Shown in pieces: positions 24,801 through 37,090 of a stretch of 64,000 nucleotides of DNA. The position numbers were made by a program, and so were the translations under genes. This DNA comes from Blastocladiella emersonii ATCC 22665 (taxonomy: Eukaryota > Fungi > Blastocladiomycota). The notes under the pieces were generated by a model. It ran no database searches. It was not told the origin of the DNA and was given only the letters and a program-made list of their open reading frames with translations. The stretch lies in contig JANHCV010000013.1 of NCBI GenBank assembly GCA_025594325.1, forward strand, positions 992,001 to 1,056,000. The letters run 5' to 3'. Every line of letters starts with the position of its first letter. The stretch's first letter is position 1.

Positions 24801-25080
24801 ATATGTCGCTTTCGGCGAACAATCAGCCGCCGTCCACATTCGCGCTCTCATGGACAAGGCGGAGCACCTGCACCGCCTCGCCTGCGGGGAGCCGTTTCAC
24901 GTCGTGACATGGAACGGCGAGGAAAGCGTGCTCCGCTAGTACATCGACTTCTGGCGCGCGGTTTTGGATACCCGCGTCAAGCCCGAGGACAGCCTGCGTA
25001 CGCCGGCCGACCAGGGATCCGCCATGGCCGCGGTCGTTGATTGTCTCAAGTCAGAGCTCAACCGCGCGCTCCTGCTCCCC
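21874..25080 (+). pseudogene. DUF4470-like domain protein with premature stops and frameshifts
   Basis: LLCGFNDLRSV..T, TLNDLRPEPIARSLLIL, DVIDTSTLMD; coding frame continues through TGA 22933 and TAG 24937. Confidence 0.6.
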
Positions 25081-25264
25081 ATGTTCCCTGCCGTCTGATG
25101 TGGTATTGCTTCCATACAACTGCCGTGTCATTTTTCTATACCCGCTACATCACGGAATCAAGTGCAAGCTCGCGGCGAGATCCGGGTGCAACGCATGAAA
25201 GGGTCGCAACGATGCTCCTCAGAACTTCGGCGCGAACTGTTTGCATGGTCTGATTTCGGCGCCG

Positions 25265-26200
25265 TTAAATGGCCATTTTTTCTATTTCGGGCAACGAATC
25301 GTTCAGGCCGAGAACGCGGAACAGCGTGCAGTGCGCGGCGCGGTGCAACTGTTCGAGAATCCAAGCGAAATCGGTCCCAGGTCCGCTTTTGCCGCACGCA
25401 AGTTCGGTGCAGCGACGCAAATCAGCCTCGCGAACCACCTCCTTTGAGAAGAGTTGGGAGCGGATCGGCTCGGGGAAAGTTTCCAGCGATGGCATGAAAT
25501 TGGGAATCTCGGTCAGCATCAAGTGCATCGCGTGCTGCCACGGTGCCCAGACGCGATCAACGAGATTGGCTGGCGGCTTTGCGTTTGCAATCAAAGCATT
25601 GTTGCTGCTTCCAAGCGAGAGCGAGCTCAAATACGCGCCCATGCACCAGCACTGGAGCTCGGGCGCGTACCGGACCTCGGGCAGGAGCAGCTTGTAAAAG
25701 TGCCAGTGCGCGTCCTGCAGTTGAGATCCTAGTAACTGGCGACCAAGTCGCGCAAGTGTCGCCGGCGCCGTTCGATCGTCGCCAAGCAGCGCAACGAGCA
25801 GCCGGCCCGTATCGATAGCCATGGTGCTCTCTGGGTGAGCAAGCTCATGCTCAATGCTCTTGCGCGGACAATCGCCAAACGTGACAAGGATGTGGTGCGC
25901 GCACTGGTGGCGTGCAAGTACGGCAATTACGGCGTTAAGTGCACCAATACGAGACAGCGCGAAGAGGATGCGGTACTTGATGATACACGTCAGTGCGCTC
26001 AAGTCCAGTTCGAGCAGGAGCTCAAGTAATGTGGTGATCTCGCGCGTGATCGCGCTCGAGTCGCGAAGGGAAGGCTGCGTGGCATGGTCCACAGCGACGC
26101 CATTTCCGCCTTCGTCGTTGCGCGAGGCGAGAAATTGCCCGTTTCGATCGATACCGATCACGGCGTGAGCAGCTACAGATAGCGTTACGGGTTCGCGCAA
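25265..26200 (-). CDS. Hypothetical helical protein, possibly a downstream exon of 26185-27645
   Basis: 311-aa Leu/Ala-rich ORF abutting the F-box-like ORF. Confidence 0.4.
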   Translation of the reverse strand: MREPVTLSVAAHAVIGIDRNGQFLASRNDEGGNGVAVDHATQPSLRDSSAITREITTLLELLLELDLSALTCIIKYRILFALSRIGALNAVIAVLARHQCAHHILVTFGDCPRKSIEHELAHPESTMAIDTGRLLVALLGDDRTAPATLARLGRQLLGSQLQDAHWHFYKLLLPEVRYAPELQCWCMGAYLSSLSLGSSNNALIANAKPPANLVDRVWAPWQHAMHLMLTEIPNFMPSLETFPEPIRSQLFSKEVVREADLRRCTELACGKSGPGTDFAWILEQLHRAAHCTLFRVLGLNDSLPEIEKMAI

Positions 26201-27645
26201 CGCGGTTCGTTTGTTATTAGCTGTTCAGCGGAGAGGAGCGTCATGCAGAGACAGCAAGCAGGAAGAAACGTACCATCAGCAAAGACCAGTTGAATTTCAA
26301 ACTTTGGAATGGCGCGGACGAGGAGGCTCAAATCACCATGAGTAGCGCGCAAGAGCGCAAGGAGAAGTTTCGCCCACTGAATAGGGCCAAGCAAGCCGCG
26401 CCGGGCCACGTCAGCGACCGCGGTTTCGTGGATCCCAAGATATCGCGCATCAAGCAGCTGGTCAAAGTCAAACCCAAGGTCCTCGGTCACGATCGTCGCG
26501 AGCGTTAGGCGGGTGTGCGCGCTGACCTGGCTGAACGGTGCACAGGAATCGAAGCGGCGAACCATTTCAGCGAGACAAGAGCGCGGTGCCACATCAATGA
26601 GCTCGGCAGCAACAGACGGCCAGGAGGTGCGGTCCAAGAGCTCGCCGGCGTCGCCAACAAACCAAGCGATCGTCAAGAAAAGCGAGTCAGCGTCGACAGT
26701 TTGGTCGCAAGCGATATGGGCGAGGGCGAAAAAGTCAAAGCCCGACGTGAACTGGTTGCGGTTCAGCCCGTATTTCGGCGTTGCAAGCAATTCAAGGACC
26801 CGCGGCTGCCACCATTTGATCGCAACCAGCACTAGGAATCCAAGAAAGTTGAGATCAAAGTCCAAAATCCAGTCATCGTACGAGGGCAAGATGCTGTGGT
26901 GGCTGAACGCCTGTGCAATGGAATCGCGCCATTCCATGTTGAGGTGGAGGCACATCCACGTGGTGATAGAGAATGAGGGAAATTTTTCGACTTGAAATGG
27001 TAGTGCGTCAAGAACGCGGGCGAGTAAGTCGGTGCGGCCTTGTGCAGCGAAGAGGATGGCGAGCTGTGGGAGCACGAACCACTGAGGTACGGTTGAGAAA
27101 GCCGGATCCATGTAATCTTCGCCGTTATCGACGGCGTCATCAACTGCGTACTGCCAGTCTTCAACCTCGTCCTCCGAGAGCTCGTCAAGCGACTTGGATT
27201 TGAAGCGCGTAATCAGTTGTGAGAGAAGAGTTTCGTCAAACACGTCAGGTGCAGCCCGCCACCGGATACGGTCGTACTTGCGCGCATCGGCAGCAACGCG
27301 AGCCATACATGCGAGGTGCGTCAAGTATGGGGCAAGCGGCATCGGAGCATCGGAGCTGATGGGCCCATCCAGGTCGAACGAACCACAGGAGCACGATTCG
27401 GTGGAGCACGGGTGAAGCGAGCCCCAGCCGCACAGGTCCGGTCGCAACATGTAAGTGAAGCGCCAGATGGACTGGGTACGCGGCTCGGACGTGAGCGTGG
27501 CAAAGCCGCTGGTTGCGAGCGGGACTGCGGAGCGTGGGGCTGCCAGATGCAGTACGCGGATGACCAGCTCGGCCGGAAGATTCGCGAATCCGAAGTGTGG
27601 CTCGCTGACGGATTCGTTGCATGTACTCATTTCATTGGTTTCCAT
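26185..27645 (-). CDS. F-box-like protein (486 aa)
   Basis: FANLPAELVIRVLHLAA N-terminus; long ORF with protein-like composition. Confidence 0.6.
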   Translation of the reverse strand: METNEMSTCNESVSEPHFGFANLPAELVIRVLHLAAPRSAVPLATSGFATLTSEPRTQSIWRFTYMLRPDLCGWGSLHPCSTESCSCGSFDLDGPISSDAPMPLAPYLTHLACMARVAADARKYDRIRWRAAPDVFDETLLSQLITRFKSKSLDELSEDEVEDWQYAVDDAVDNGEDYMDPAFSTVPQWFVLPQLAILFAAQGRTDLLARVLDALPFQVEKFPSFSITTWMCLHLNMEWRDSIAQAFSHHSILPSYDDWILDFDLNFLGFLVLVAIKWWQPRVLELLATPKYGLNRNQFTSGFDFFALAHIACDQTVDADSLFLTIAWFVGDAGELLDRTSWPSVAAELIDVAPRSCLAEMVRRFDSCAPFSQVSAHTRLTLATIVTEDLGFDFDQLLDARYLGIHETAVADVARRGLLGPIQWAKLLLALLRATHGDLSLLVRAIPKFEIQLVFADGTFLPACCLCMTLLSAEQLITNEPRCANP

Positions 27646-28009
27646 TTTGCATGGTCTGTGGGAGGAGGAGCGGCGGCAGCACGGCGAAGCGGAGACATTG
27701 TTGAGATTTCAGGTCATGTGATGCTCATCACGACAATGACCGTTTTGGACTTTTGGACGTGTCGGCTGCCCACTTCCTCCCTTCACCCGAAAGGGCTAGA
27801 TGCAAATCTTATGAGTTGACTTGGCGCAATGGATTCAGGCGCACAATTTGTGCCGACTCGGACAAGCGTGACTTGGGGGAACAATGTGACCAACCTTCCG
27901 ACATAAAGTGCCTGACGGACATCGGTTGTGCGAACAATCTGCTGATTCTGACGCACGGAAACCTGTTCTCTTCCTTGAACACCGCAACTGCGTGCGCCAC
28001 CCTCGACTG

Positions 28010-28930
28010 AACCCGTCCTCGGCGTCGCCGTCGGCCTGATCCTGTTCCTTGCTGCCATCGTTTACTTTGGCCTCAAGCTGTCGAGCCGCGCCTCCTGGGC
28101 TATCTTATCGCTGACCTTCTCGTGGCTCCTCGTCTTCCCGCTCGTCGACCTGTCCGCCGTCCACGCGCGGCCTGAGTCGGAGCGGTGGGCACCCCCGAAA
28201 TTCCCTGGTCGCTCGCCTGCCATCAACGTTCTCGAAGACTCGGTGCTCATGTTCGTCGCCTTCATGGGGTACGGCCGCGTTGCGACGCTTGGCGACGCGG
28301 TGTGCAAGCCGCATGCGGCGATCCCGCGCGCACCCTCATCGCGACTCTCGTCGTCTTGGACATGCTCTATTTTGGGGGGTTGGCGCTGTTGCAGTCCTTG
28401 CAGCCTCCTCGCTCGCTGACCTCGCGCCAACGGTCCTCTGCTCAACCTGGTTTTTGGCCTGTCGCGGATGGTCCCCGCCATGGCGCGGCGCAGCGGCATG
28501 CCGGCTTGCTCCACGCGCATCAACGCGCGCACGGGGAGCCCCGGGCCCGCGGTTCTCCCGATCGGCGGCGCGCTCACTGCGACCGTTCCTGGGACGTACA
28601 GCGCGCTCGCGTTGATTTGGACTTTCAGCGTGGCCACGGTGTTCCTGTACTGCGCCGTGCGCCACATCGTCGCTCACAATCTTGGCGGTGCGCGGCGCCG
28701 GTTCGGCAAGCGTGGGTGCACGCGTGTATCATGTCCTACGTGGCGGTCTTCCTCGAAGCCAGCAAACGAGCCGCCGTGGCGATCGCGGTCGCGGCCGGGC
28801 TCGCGTGTCACGGCGGGATGCAGAAGGTGTACGGCGAGACGGACGAGATGGGTTGGTGTACACGCGCGGACGGGTCCTTGTGTTCGCTGTGCGCGGCGGC
28901 GGGCTTGAGCCGGCGTCGGAGGACGCGTAG
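28010..28930 (+). pseudogene. APC-superfamily amino-acid permease fragment, frameshifted
   Basis: Hydrophobic segments and SRMVPAMARRSGMPACSTRINARTGSPGPAV, resembling the APC SRxxxAMARDGxLP...GTP motif. Confidence 0.5.
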
Positions 28931-30129
28931 ATCTTGCATACATGCCCGAGTTTTGCACACAATTTGCGAACTTGTCTCGCTTTTTGAACGACCACAAACG
29001 CGGTTTGGCACCTCACCAAGAAGGCGCGTAGATTACGATGAATGATAAAGTAGCAACACAGGGATATCACTCCCAGTGCGCAGGGTCGGACGAGTCGTCA
29101 GCGACGGCGAAGAGGAATCACCCTCAGCCGTCGCGACCATCTCGCCCGACCCTCGACTCCCGCGAAGCGGCCGAACGCGCGTCGCCCACGCTAGCTCTTA
29201 CCTCCATGAACCACGACGAAACGACGGCGACAAGGAATCTTCATCGGGCTCTACCTTACGCGTCCTCGGAATCCCGCCGTCGATGCCATGGTTCAGGAGC
29301 GGCGTTCTGGCAGCGGACGATCGCGGATTCATACCCGCACTTTCGACGCACCCGAGATTCCACGCTAGCGCTTCGCCGCTCGTCACTGCGCAGGCCGCCG
29401 TGCGATGCAGAGGTGGGGGGAATACATGTTGTGAGCCCTTGCGGGTAGTCACGCCGTCATCCCACGAGATCCACATGATCGCGAGAGGGTTGGGCCCGCG
29501 ACGAAGCAGCGGGTTGGCTATAGGCAGTGGAACTCGGGGGCGAGGAGAGCGCAGGGCGCGTGTTACATTGCATGGAAGTTGGTGAGTACTGATCGTTATG
29601 GGGAGCGGGCGGTCCGCCGGTTTTATAAGGGCTTTGGCTGGTCCGGTTGTGAGTTTCTCGCGATCCGAACGCAGGGTACAAGGGTACAACGAGCGCTGGC
29701 ATCCTTGAGTGGGAGAAAAACTTGAAAAACGCGTCGCGACGCGAGGCTCAAAACGTGAGACAGTCAGGTGATCCTGTCACGCGACTTTCACATGTTTTCG
29801 CGACGCGTCTCCGAGTGCGAAATCTGCAGCCCTGGCAGTCTCAACGCAAGCCGCGCTTACAGATGAACGAGCAATAATCGAGAGTAATTATTTCAGCAGC
29901 CAGACCGCTGCTAGCACCGGTATACGGAGTAGAACGAGTAAGTATACGTTTGAACGTCCAAGCGTCCGAGGCAGAAGGCGGCATTAGCGTTTGACATGGT
30001 CGGTTGAGGCGACGACTCGCGAAACGCGTCGTTCGTCCGACGCGCGTTCTGGTTCGCCTTCACCACCTCGAATCGCCGCCAATTACCCGCACAGCTCGAG
30101 CAGGTTCGAAAAATACTTGCCTGTATATG

Positions 30130-32154
30130 CTAGTCGTGCAGCTCCATCAACACGGCGTTGGCCATCATCTGCAGCTCCTGGTACTCGCGCATGTTCTCCT
30201 GCAGCGACTCCATGAGCTGGAAGTACCGGAACAGCGTGTCGCGCGGCCACATGGTCTCCTCGGACTTGACGGCCAGCGCCATGAGCGTCTCGCGGATCGT
30301 CAGCTCCCACCCCTTGGACACGCCGTGCGCCTGCGTCAGCAGCGTCTGGATGTTCTCGACCAGGATCTGCGACGCGCCCGCGCCGCTGCCGTCCTGCGGC
30401 AGCACGTCGTCGGCACCCGCGGGCGGCGAGCCGGCCGCGTTCCACTCGGCGACCGGGTCGGTCGACACGGTCCGTTGCGCGGGCACGCTGACGCTGCGCG
30501 CGCCCCGAGCGCCGTTGCCCGACGTCGGCGAGCCCGGCCGGCTTGACCGTGGCGAGGACAGCGTGCGGCTCACGTCGACGGACGCGTGGCGGCCCGCGAC
30601 GGCGCTGCCGAGCCCACTATACGCGCGCGTGCGGTTTGATCAACACGCGTGACTCAACACGAGAACGGAGGGAAAGAGCGTACACGCGAACCGACGACCG
30701 ACCTCGTCCCAGCGCGCTGCCACCGCCCGACGTACCTGGCCGTGACGCGGTGCCGGCCTTGGACCCGTCGCCGCCCGCGAGGTTCGACATGGACGCGGCC
30801 TTCATGTTGTTCTTGGCAATGTCGAGCTCCTTCTTGAGCCGCTTGCGCATCTGCTCCATCTTCTTGGCCTTGACGCGCTCGGCGTGCTTTTCGCGTAGCT
30901 CGCGCGAGATGCGGTCAAAGTTGGACACTACACGACGGGCAGCGTGAGTCGCAGTCGAGGTGGTGGACGAGGTCAGGGAAAGCGTACCGAGTACGCCGAT
31001 GATGACGTTCTTGAGGCAGAAGGCGCCGAAGAAAATCCACGCGATCGCGTAGATGACCGAGACAGTCGGGTCGACGGCCTGGACCATGTCGGCGAGCACG
31101 TCGCCCCAGTTGTCGAGCGTCAGGAACTGGAAGAGAACTTGCAAGCTCGAGCCAAGGGTCCTACCGCGTGCCTTCGGCGTCAGTCATTCGGACGGCGGGT
31201 GAGCAGCAACCGAACGTACGCAAAGCTCTTGCCGTATCGCAGCGGCAGAATCGACTCGGTCAGCGGCTGGAACGCGTACACGCCAATGACGGCGAAGATG
31301 AAGAGCACGAGCAGCACGAGGACCATGATAAGCGCCATGGTGCGGAACGCCTCGATCACGGTGACCACGATCACGCGCAAACTGCCGAACCGGACCGCGA
31401 GCTTGAGCGTCCGCAGGATCCGGAACGTGCGCAGCTGCCGGATGATCACCGTGAGGTTCCCGCCGCCCGACGAGAGCCCCGCCGCATCGAGGAGCTCGGG
31501 CGCCGTGGTCCCGATCGTCACGGCGAAATCGAACACGTTCCACGCGTCGGTCCAGTACGCGTTGAAGTTGTCGGTCCACCGCAACGCGATCTCGAGCAGG
31601 AAGATGAACAGCGACACCTTTTCGATGATCTCCATGGCCTGGAACAGCCCGACGTGGTCCTGCTGCGTGTCGCTGAGCTCGGCAACGATCCCGACGATGA
31701 TCGCGTTGACGATGATGACCGCGAGCAGGCCGTTCTGGAAGTACGACGACTCAACGACCCACCCGGCCCACGCGCCGAGCGGCACCTTGTCCTTGTTGCG
31801 GATGCGCGTCAGGCGGCGGTCCACGGGGTCGACCTGCGTCCGCTTGAACGCCTGGAACTTGATCAGCTGGTGCGGGTTCTCGGCCATGATCTTGCCGAAC
31901 ATGCTCGTGTCGCGCACGTCGCGCGTGTTGAACTGCGGTGGGGCCGTCGCGCCTCCCGCGAGCGACAGGTTCTCGAGCAGCTGGAACTCCTCGATGAGCC
32001 GCGAGCGGAACACGGACGAGCGCGACGCGAGGTCATGGAACGCGTAGTCCAGCTCGCTCCCCATCATCAGGTCGTCGGCCGTCTCGCCCGTCGGGTTCGA
32101 CGGCGTCGGCGACACGGCGCGCGATTCGGACGCGCTTGCGGCGGGTGGTGGCAT
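30130..32154 (-). CDS. CATSPER2: CatSper2-like sperm/zoospore Ca2+ channel alpha subunit, multi-exon
   Basis: FRSRLIEEFQLLENL, PLGAWAGWVVES, AWNVFDFAVT, S4 RQLRTFRILRTLKL, pore filter TLDNW and C-terminal WPRDTLFRYF match CatSper2 signatures. Confidence 0.9.
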
Positions 32155-33630
32155 GATAGTGCAAGAGTGGGGTTCAAGAGTTCATGAAACTTGGGGTCAC
32201 CGATTCATCGAGTGCCGTGTGTAGCTTTGCATGGGGTTGTGGTGTGAAGCGGTGGGTTGCAATACTGCAAACGGTGGAAGAAGGGCGAGGCATCGAGCGC
32301 GCGCGGCGTAAGAAACGCGGGGGCAAGCGACGCGTCGAGGTCATCACGTGATGTCACTCGTGTGGCGCAACGCGATTTCAGCTCCTGTCGCGGGAAAATT
32401 CCACCTTGAACGCCGGGTTCGAGTGATAACTTGTTGCACAAGTCGCGAATAGAATCTACAACTCGGTGTGTGTGTGGGGATCGCGCCGCAACTGAGGGTC
32501 GGTGACACACCTGGCGACAGCGAGCATCATACGACGACAACAATTCAATACTACTCAACGGTGGAAGGACTGGAGCATCACCGCGAAAGACCTGAGAACC
32601 GAAGACCCGCGAGGGAATGCAGAGCGGCAGCAGCGAACGGGAAGGGCTGCTAAACGCCGGGTCGCACAAGGTTGCTCGCGGCTTCGTATCGTGGTCGTGG
32701 TACAGTTGAGGTCGCTGCAAGTGAGTGGAGGCGGATGGCAGGCCGAGCAACACGATACTGCGGTAACCGAGTCGAACAGTCCTGGCAGATGATCTTGCGA
32801 CACCGCGTGAGCGGGATGAGCGTTCATTTTTGTGTGAGGTGCGCGCAAAAATCGCGCTGCTCCACACCCATTGTCGACCCGCCCGGCACACCTAGGCTTG
32901 TGTGTGAGAGACCTGACCGTGAAAGCCGCACGCGTTCAACGTCTCGGGCGCCTTCATATATATAAACCCGCGGAGGTCACGCACCTTTGGACGAGCGGGG
33001 GCGCCGAGCGCCTTGACAGCGCTCCGCTTGCTCGCAGCGTTGATCACAATTGAGAGCAGCCGCAGGAAGTTGAACTTGGGGTGACAGCGGGAGCTGCACC
33101 TCAGCAAGGGCGTGCGCGAGAAGATCGGCCGCGTCAACCGAGCCGCCATGCATTTCTGGCGCCGACGAGGTCCGTTTGACGACCTTTACCATATCCCTTT
33201 TATTCGTTTGCGTGCGTTGGCCGGGATCGGAGGACTGAGCGCTCTGCTGTGTGAGGCGCTGATATTGCACCACTCCGTGGCCTGCTTGGCAAGCGCGGCT
33301 CACCCGCGTCGCGGCGCAACGGCGGCCTCGTTGTGCTCGCGCGACGCACTCAAGGTGATGGATGCCTCAGGACGTAAAGGTAATGAGCCAGCACTTGCAG
33401 TATGCGGTGCGTCAAATGCTCGAAAAAAACTAGCGTTTGGCGCTGGTTGGCGCTCCGGAGCGCACCAAGCTCGACGCGACGATCAATCAGGTGATCCTCG
33501 TGACGGCCGACGCCACTCGCGACCCTGCTCCCTTACCAGGGGGGCTGCCCGCACAGCCAGCGCGACGCCACGACCCTTTCTCACCCCTACTCAGGCCCCT
33601 CCATGAATAACGACGTAGACTCTATGCAAC

Positions 33631-35291
33631 ATGTTTAAAGCAGCTCATGTACCCGCTGTGATCGAGCGGATTCTTGTTTATGCGATCAAATTGGACGGGT
33701 CCGCCGACATGGACCAGTACTTGCAATATGCGCGCGTCTTGCCGCGGGCCTTGGCCCCTCGCGTTGAAACTGCCCTTCTCCTGAATGCACCAAGTCTTTC
33801 GCTCGATGGCGCGACGGCACGCGGCAACGTCGTCGCCCTTGACAAGTGGAAAACGCTTGGCGTCCCACTTACCTGTTCCACCGACGCACTTACGGCCGCC
33901 ATCGACTCCCGCAATCTCGAGACGCTCGAGTGGTGGCGCTCGACGGGTGTCCTCGACATCCATGAGCTCAAACCGTGGTTGGACGAGCTTGAAATTCAAC
34001 CTGATGTCCACGTGGCACTTGGAGTTTTGCCTGACGATGACTACGATGGAGATGGAGATTTGGAGGTTGCCCACACGCTTGCCGTCGATAAAGGAATCGA
34101 CACCATATGTGCCCAAGTTTCCTCTGGCGAGTTGACGGACCTCGCCCTTTGCAACACGATCATCACGATGCCCGGCGTTGACGCCCTCAACGCAGCCATG
34201 TCGAGCCAGCTCCAGTCGATCCAGTCCGTCGCTTTCAATGGCAGCACTGTTGACCTCCCTCGACTTCTCTCCCTTCGGCTTCCTGAATCCGTGTTGAGTG
34301 CAAGATTCGAGGGGCACTGGCTCGGCAGTGCTCCGCGCTCCGTCGTCCTGGCTGGTCTGATGGTTTGGCCGGCCAAACTCGAACATATTTCCATCCAATC
34401 AGGTCTTCTGGCTTCCAGAGTCTCGCTATTGTTCTCGAGACTTCCTGACACTCTTCGATGCCTGAGCATCAGAAACTGCTCGCTTGACGATCGTGCTCTA
34501 CTTAAACTTGCGCACGTGTTGCCTCCCGCACTTAAAGAACTTGATTTGCGCGGCAACATGCCAACGAGCGCCGGGTTCGCCTCGATAGTCCCACTGCTAC
34601 CCGACTCTCTCGAGAGCCTCCAGATTGGATCGGTTTCTGTACATCACCACTCACGTGTCAATGCCATCGATTTTGTCGAGATCCTGCCGCCAGCCCAAAC
34701 TTCTTGTAGCGGACTTCCCTGCTCACTTCGGGTGCTCACCATCTCGGGGTCAGATTTTTCGCTTCAGCTCGCCAAGTCGTTTGGCGGATTCCCGCGTCGC
34801 TCGAAATCTTGATGCTCTACATTCTTTCATCCTGCGATGACGCGCTCCAGGAGCTCGCCCGCGCGATGCCTCCTAATCTCACTCAGTTCACCGCTCACGG
34901 CTGCCACATGTCGCACTCCAGCGCCGTGGCCGTTCTCTCGCGACTTCCGCGCTCGCTCACCAACCTCGACATCGGTACCGCCGATCTTGGGCGCGAAGGC
35001 GCCGAGATTCTTGCAGCGAACATGCCTCCCGGACTTCAAAAACTTAATCTCGTCTCAGCAAACCTTGACGATGCGGCTGTCGCTGCACTCGCGCCAGCGC
35101 TCCCGCCCTGTCTCGAGCTCATGTATCTCGGCCGAAACAAGATTTCCGATGCTGGCGCAGTATCGCTCGCTGAACACTTGCCTCGATCCATGAGGGTTTT
35201 GTCGCTGGGACGGAACAATGTCACTGCTGTCGGCGTGGCGGCGCTCAAAGATGCCGACCCAGAGCTACACGTGTTGGTCGGCGGTAATTAG
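33631..35291 (+). CDS. RNI-like leucine-rich repeat protein with F-box-like/ankyrin-like N-terminus; break near 34800
   Basis: VPAVIERILVY, LETLEWWRSTG, repeats LPPALKELDLRGN, LPPCLELMYLGRNKISDAGA, VLSLGRNNVT. Confidence 0.7.
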
Positions 35292-35622
35292 ATTGGGCAT
35301 GATCTCGTCGAGGACATCCTCCTCTTTGCTGCGGCGGCCACGCTTCGAGGCTCGTGCGCGTACCGATCGACAAGCTTTGGCCACGGTCGTCGTCTTCACC
35401 GCCGTCGCTGACGAAATCCTCGAACGTGAACCAGCTTAGGCCAGAATACATCACACTGAAAATTGTTGCATTCCGTCAGCTGGCGCACACAGAAAATTAT
35501 ATCTGCAAGGACAGTAGCCATCAGACATAACCAGTACCACGCAACCACGCATCAAACCAATCAAACTCGAGCTCGGCCGCAGTGCGGACAGCGCACGCCG
35601 CACCAACGAGCGGGAGCGTCGG

Positions 35623-36345
35623 AACGAGGCGACGCTGGCAATCAACGCAACGAGGCAACGCTGATCATGAAAGCAACGAGGCAACGCTGATTACGAACTC
35701 AACAAGGCGACGCTGAACTTCAACTTAACGAGGCGACGCTGGTCATCGATGCAACAAGCCGACGCTGGTCATCGATGGAACAAGGCGACGCTGATCACGA
35801 CCCAAAGAGGCGACGCTGAACATTGACGTAACGAGGCGACGCTGAACATTGACGTAAGGAGGCGACGCTCACTATCAACGCAACGAGGCAACGCTGATCC
35901 GCAAGTTCACGAGGCAACGCTGGTCATCAACGCAAGGAGGCGACGCTGAACATTGACGTAAGGAGGCGACGCTGACTATCAACGCAACGAGGCAACGCTG
36001 ATCCGCAACTTAACGAGGCAACGCTGGACATCAACGCACCAAGGCGACGCTGGTCGCCAGCACAACAAGGCGACGCTGATCACCAACTCGACAAGGCGAC
36101 GCTGACTATCAACTCGACAAGGCGACGCTGGCATCAACCCAACAAGATGACGTTGGTCATGGATGCAACGAGGCGACGCTGGTCATCTACGCAACAAGGC
36201 GACGCTGGTTATCAACCCAACAAGGCAAACCTGATCATCGACGCAACGAGGCGACGCTGATCACCAACTCAACAAGGCGGCGCTGAACTTCAACGCAACA
36301 AGGCGACGATGATCATCAACGCGAGAAGGCGACGCTGGCTGCCGA
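35623..36345. repeat. 26-bp minisatellite, about 28 units, core AAC(G/A)AGGC(G/A)ACGCTG plus about 11 variable nt
   Basis: Unit starts at 35623, 35649, 35675, 35701; 4-unit (104-bp) higher-order duplication near 35835-36042. Confidence 0.9.
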
Positions 36346-36473
36346 CAACAACGCGGACGTTGCGCGCGTTGCCGTTGGCGTCGCACGTGCACTGTGCGCT
36401 CTGCGGGATCATGAAGATGAACGGCTGCGGCGTTGATTATCGACCTAACGAGGCGACGACGATGCTGTCTGCC

Positions 36474-36628
36474 TACCGTATTCCGCAACTTACAAGAGAA
36501 ACGCGTCCGAACAAGGGTCACCCCACAGCGGATAAGCAATGTGGGATTTTGATCGGGTGAGTCGCCAGCGGGCACACGTGGGCCAGCGAGCACGCGCGAG
36601 CGCGCCACCTCTCGCCGTCCGCCGTCCC
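36474..36628 (+). repeat. 155-bp inverted repeat, left arm
   Basis: Reverse complement of 37699-37853 with 3 mismatches seen. Confidence 0.85.
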
Positions 36629-36688
36629 GCCCGCTGCGATCCTTTCTCCCGCACACGAGAGTGAATGATTTGGTAGAACGACGATGAA

Positions 36689-37090
36689 ATGGCTGATCAC
36701 GGTATAGACTTCTCGTGTGACATTATCGACTACCCGAACAACTTCCACGAGAAGTGTCAGCGCTGCCGCAAGGACCTGTGCGAGGAGCACGCCGACCCGT
36801 GCCACTCGTGCGGGCACCCTGATGACGTGAAGCCCGCACCAGGCGCTGAAGCCCGCCCGCCCGCGCAGCAGCGCACGCGTCGCCCGGCGGCGGCGGCCGC
36901 GGCTGCGGCGCCGCCGCCTGGCACCAGCGAGCACCGCCACTCGAAGCGGATCGCTGCGAACCGCGCCGCCGCTGCTGCTTCCGCTGCCTCTGCGGCCGCG
37001 GCCGCCGCCGCATCTTCCCCGCCTTCCGAGGGTGCCGCCGCCGCGCCAGCAAGGCCGGGGTGCGAGCGCGCACTGCGGCGGACGCCGTGA
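36689..37090 (+). CDS. Cys/His-rich (zinc-finger-like) fragment inside the inverted repeat
   Basis: CQRCRKDLCEEHADPCHSCGH followed by an Ala/Pro-rich tail. Confidence 0.35.
   Translation: MADHGIDFSCDIIDYPNNFHEKCQRCRKDLCEEHADPCHSCGHPDDVKPAPGAEARPPAQQRTRRPAAAAAAAAPPPGTSEHRHSKRIAANRAAAAASAASAAAAAAASSPPSEGAAAAPARPGCERALRRTP

Noticed and set aside
21874-25080. Alternative genetic code or stop readthrough explaining in-frame stops
   Set aside because: Both TGA and TAG occur together with frameshifts, and intact genes terminate normally at TGA, TAG and TAA.
32892-33149. Dual-specificity phosphatase-like fragment (RCHPKFNFLRLL)
   Set aside because: Only a loose resemblance; no HCxxGxxR catalytic motif nearby.
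35623-36345. CRISPR array
   Set aside because: Variable parts are only about 11 nt and related to each other, the period is fixed, no cas genes are present, and the context is eukaryotic.
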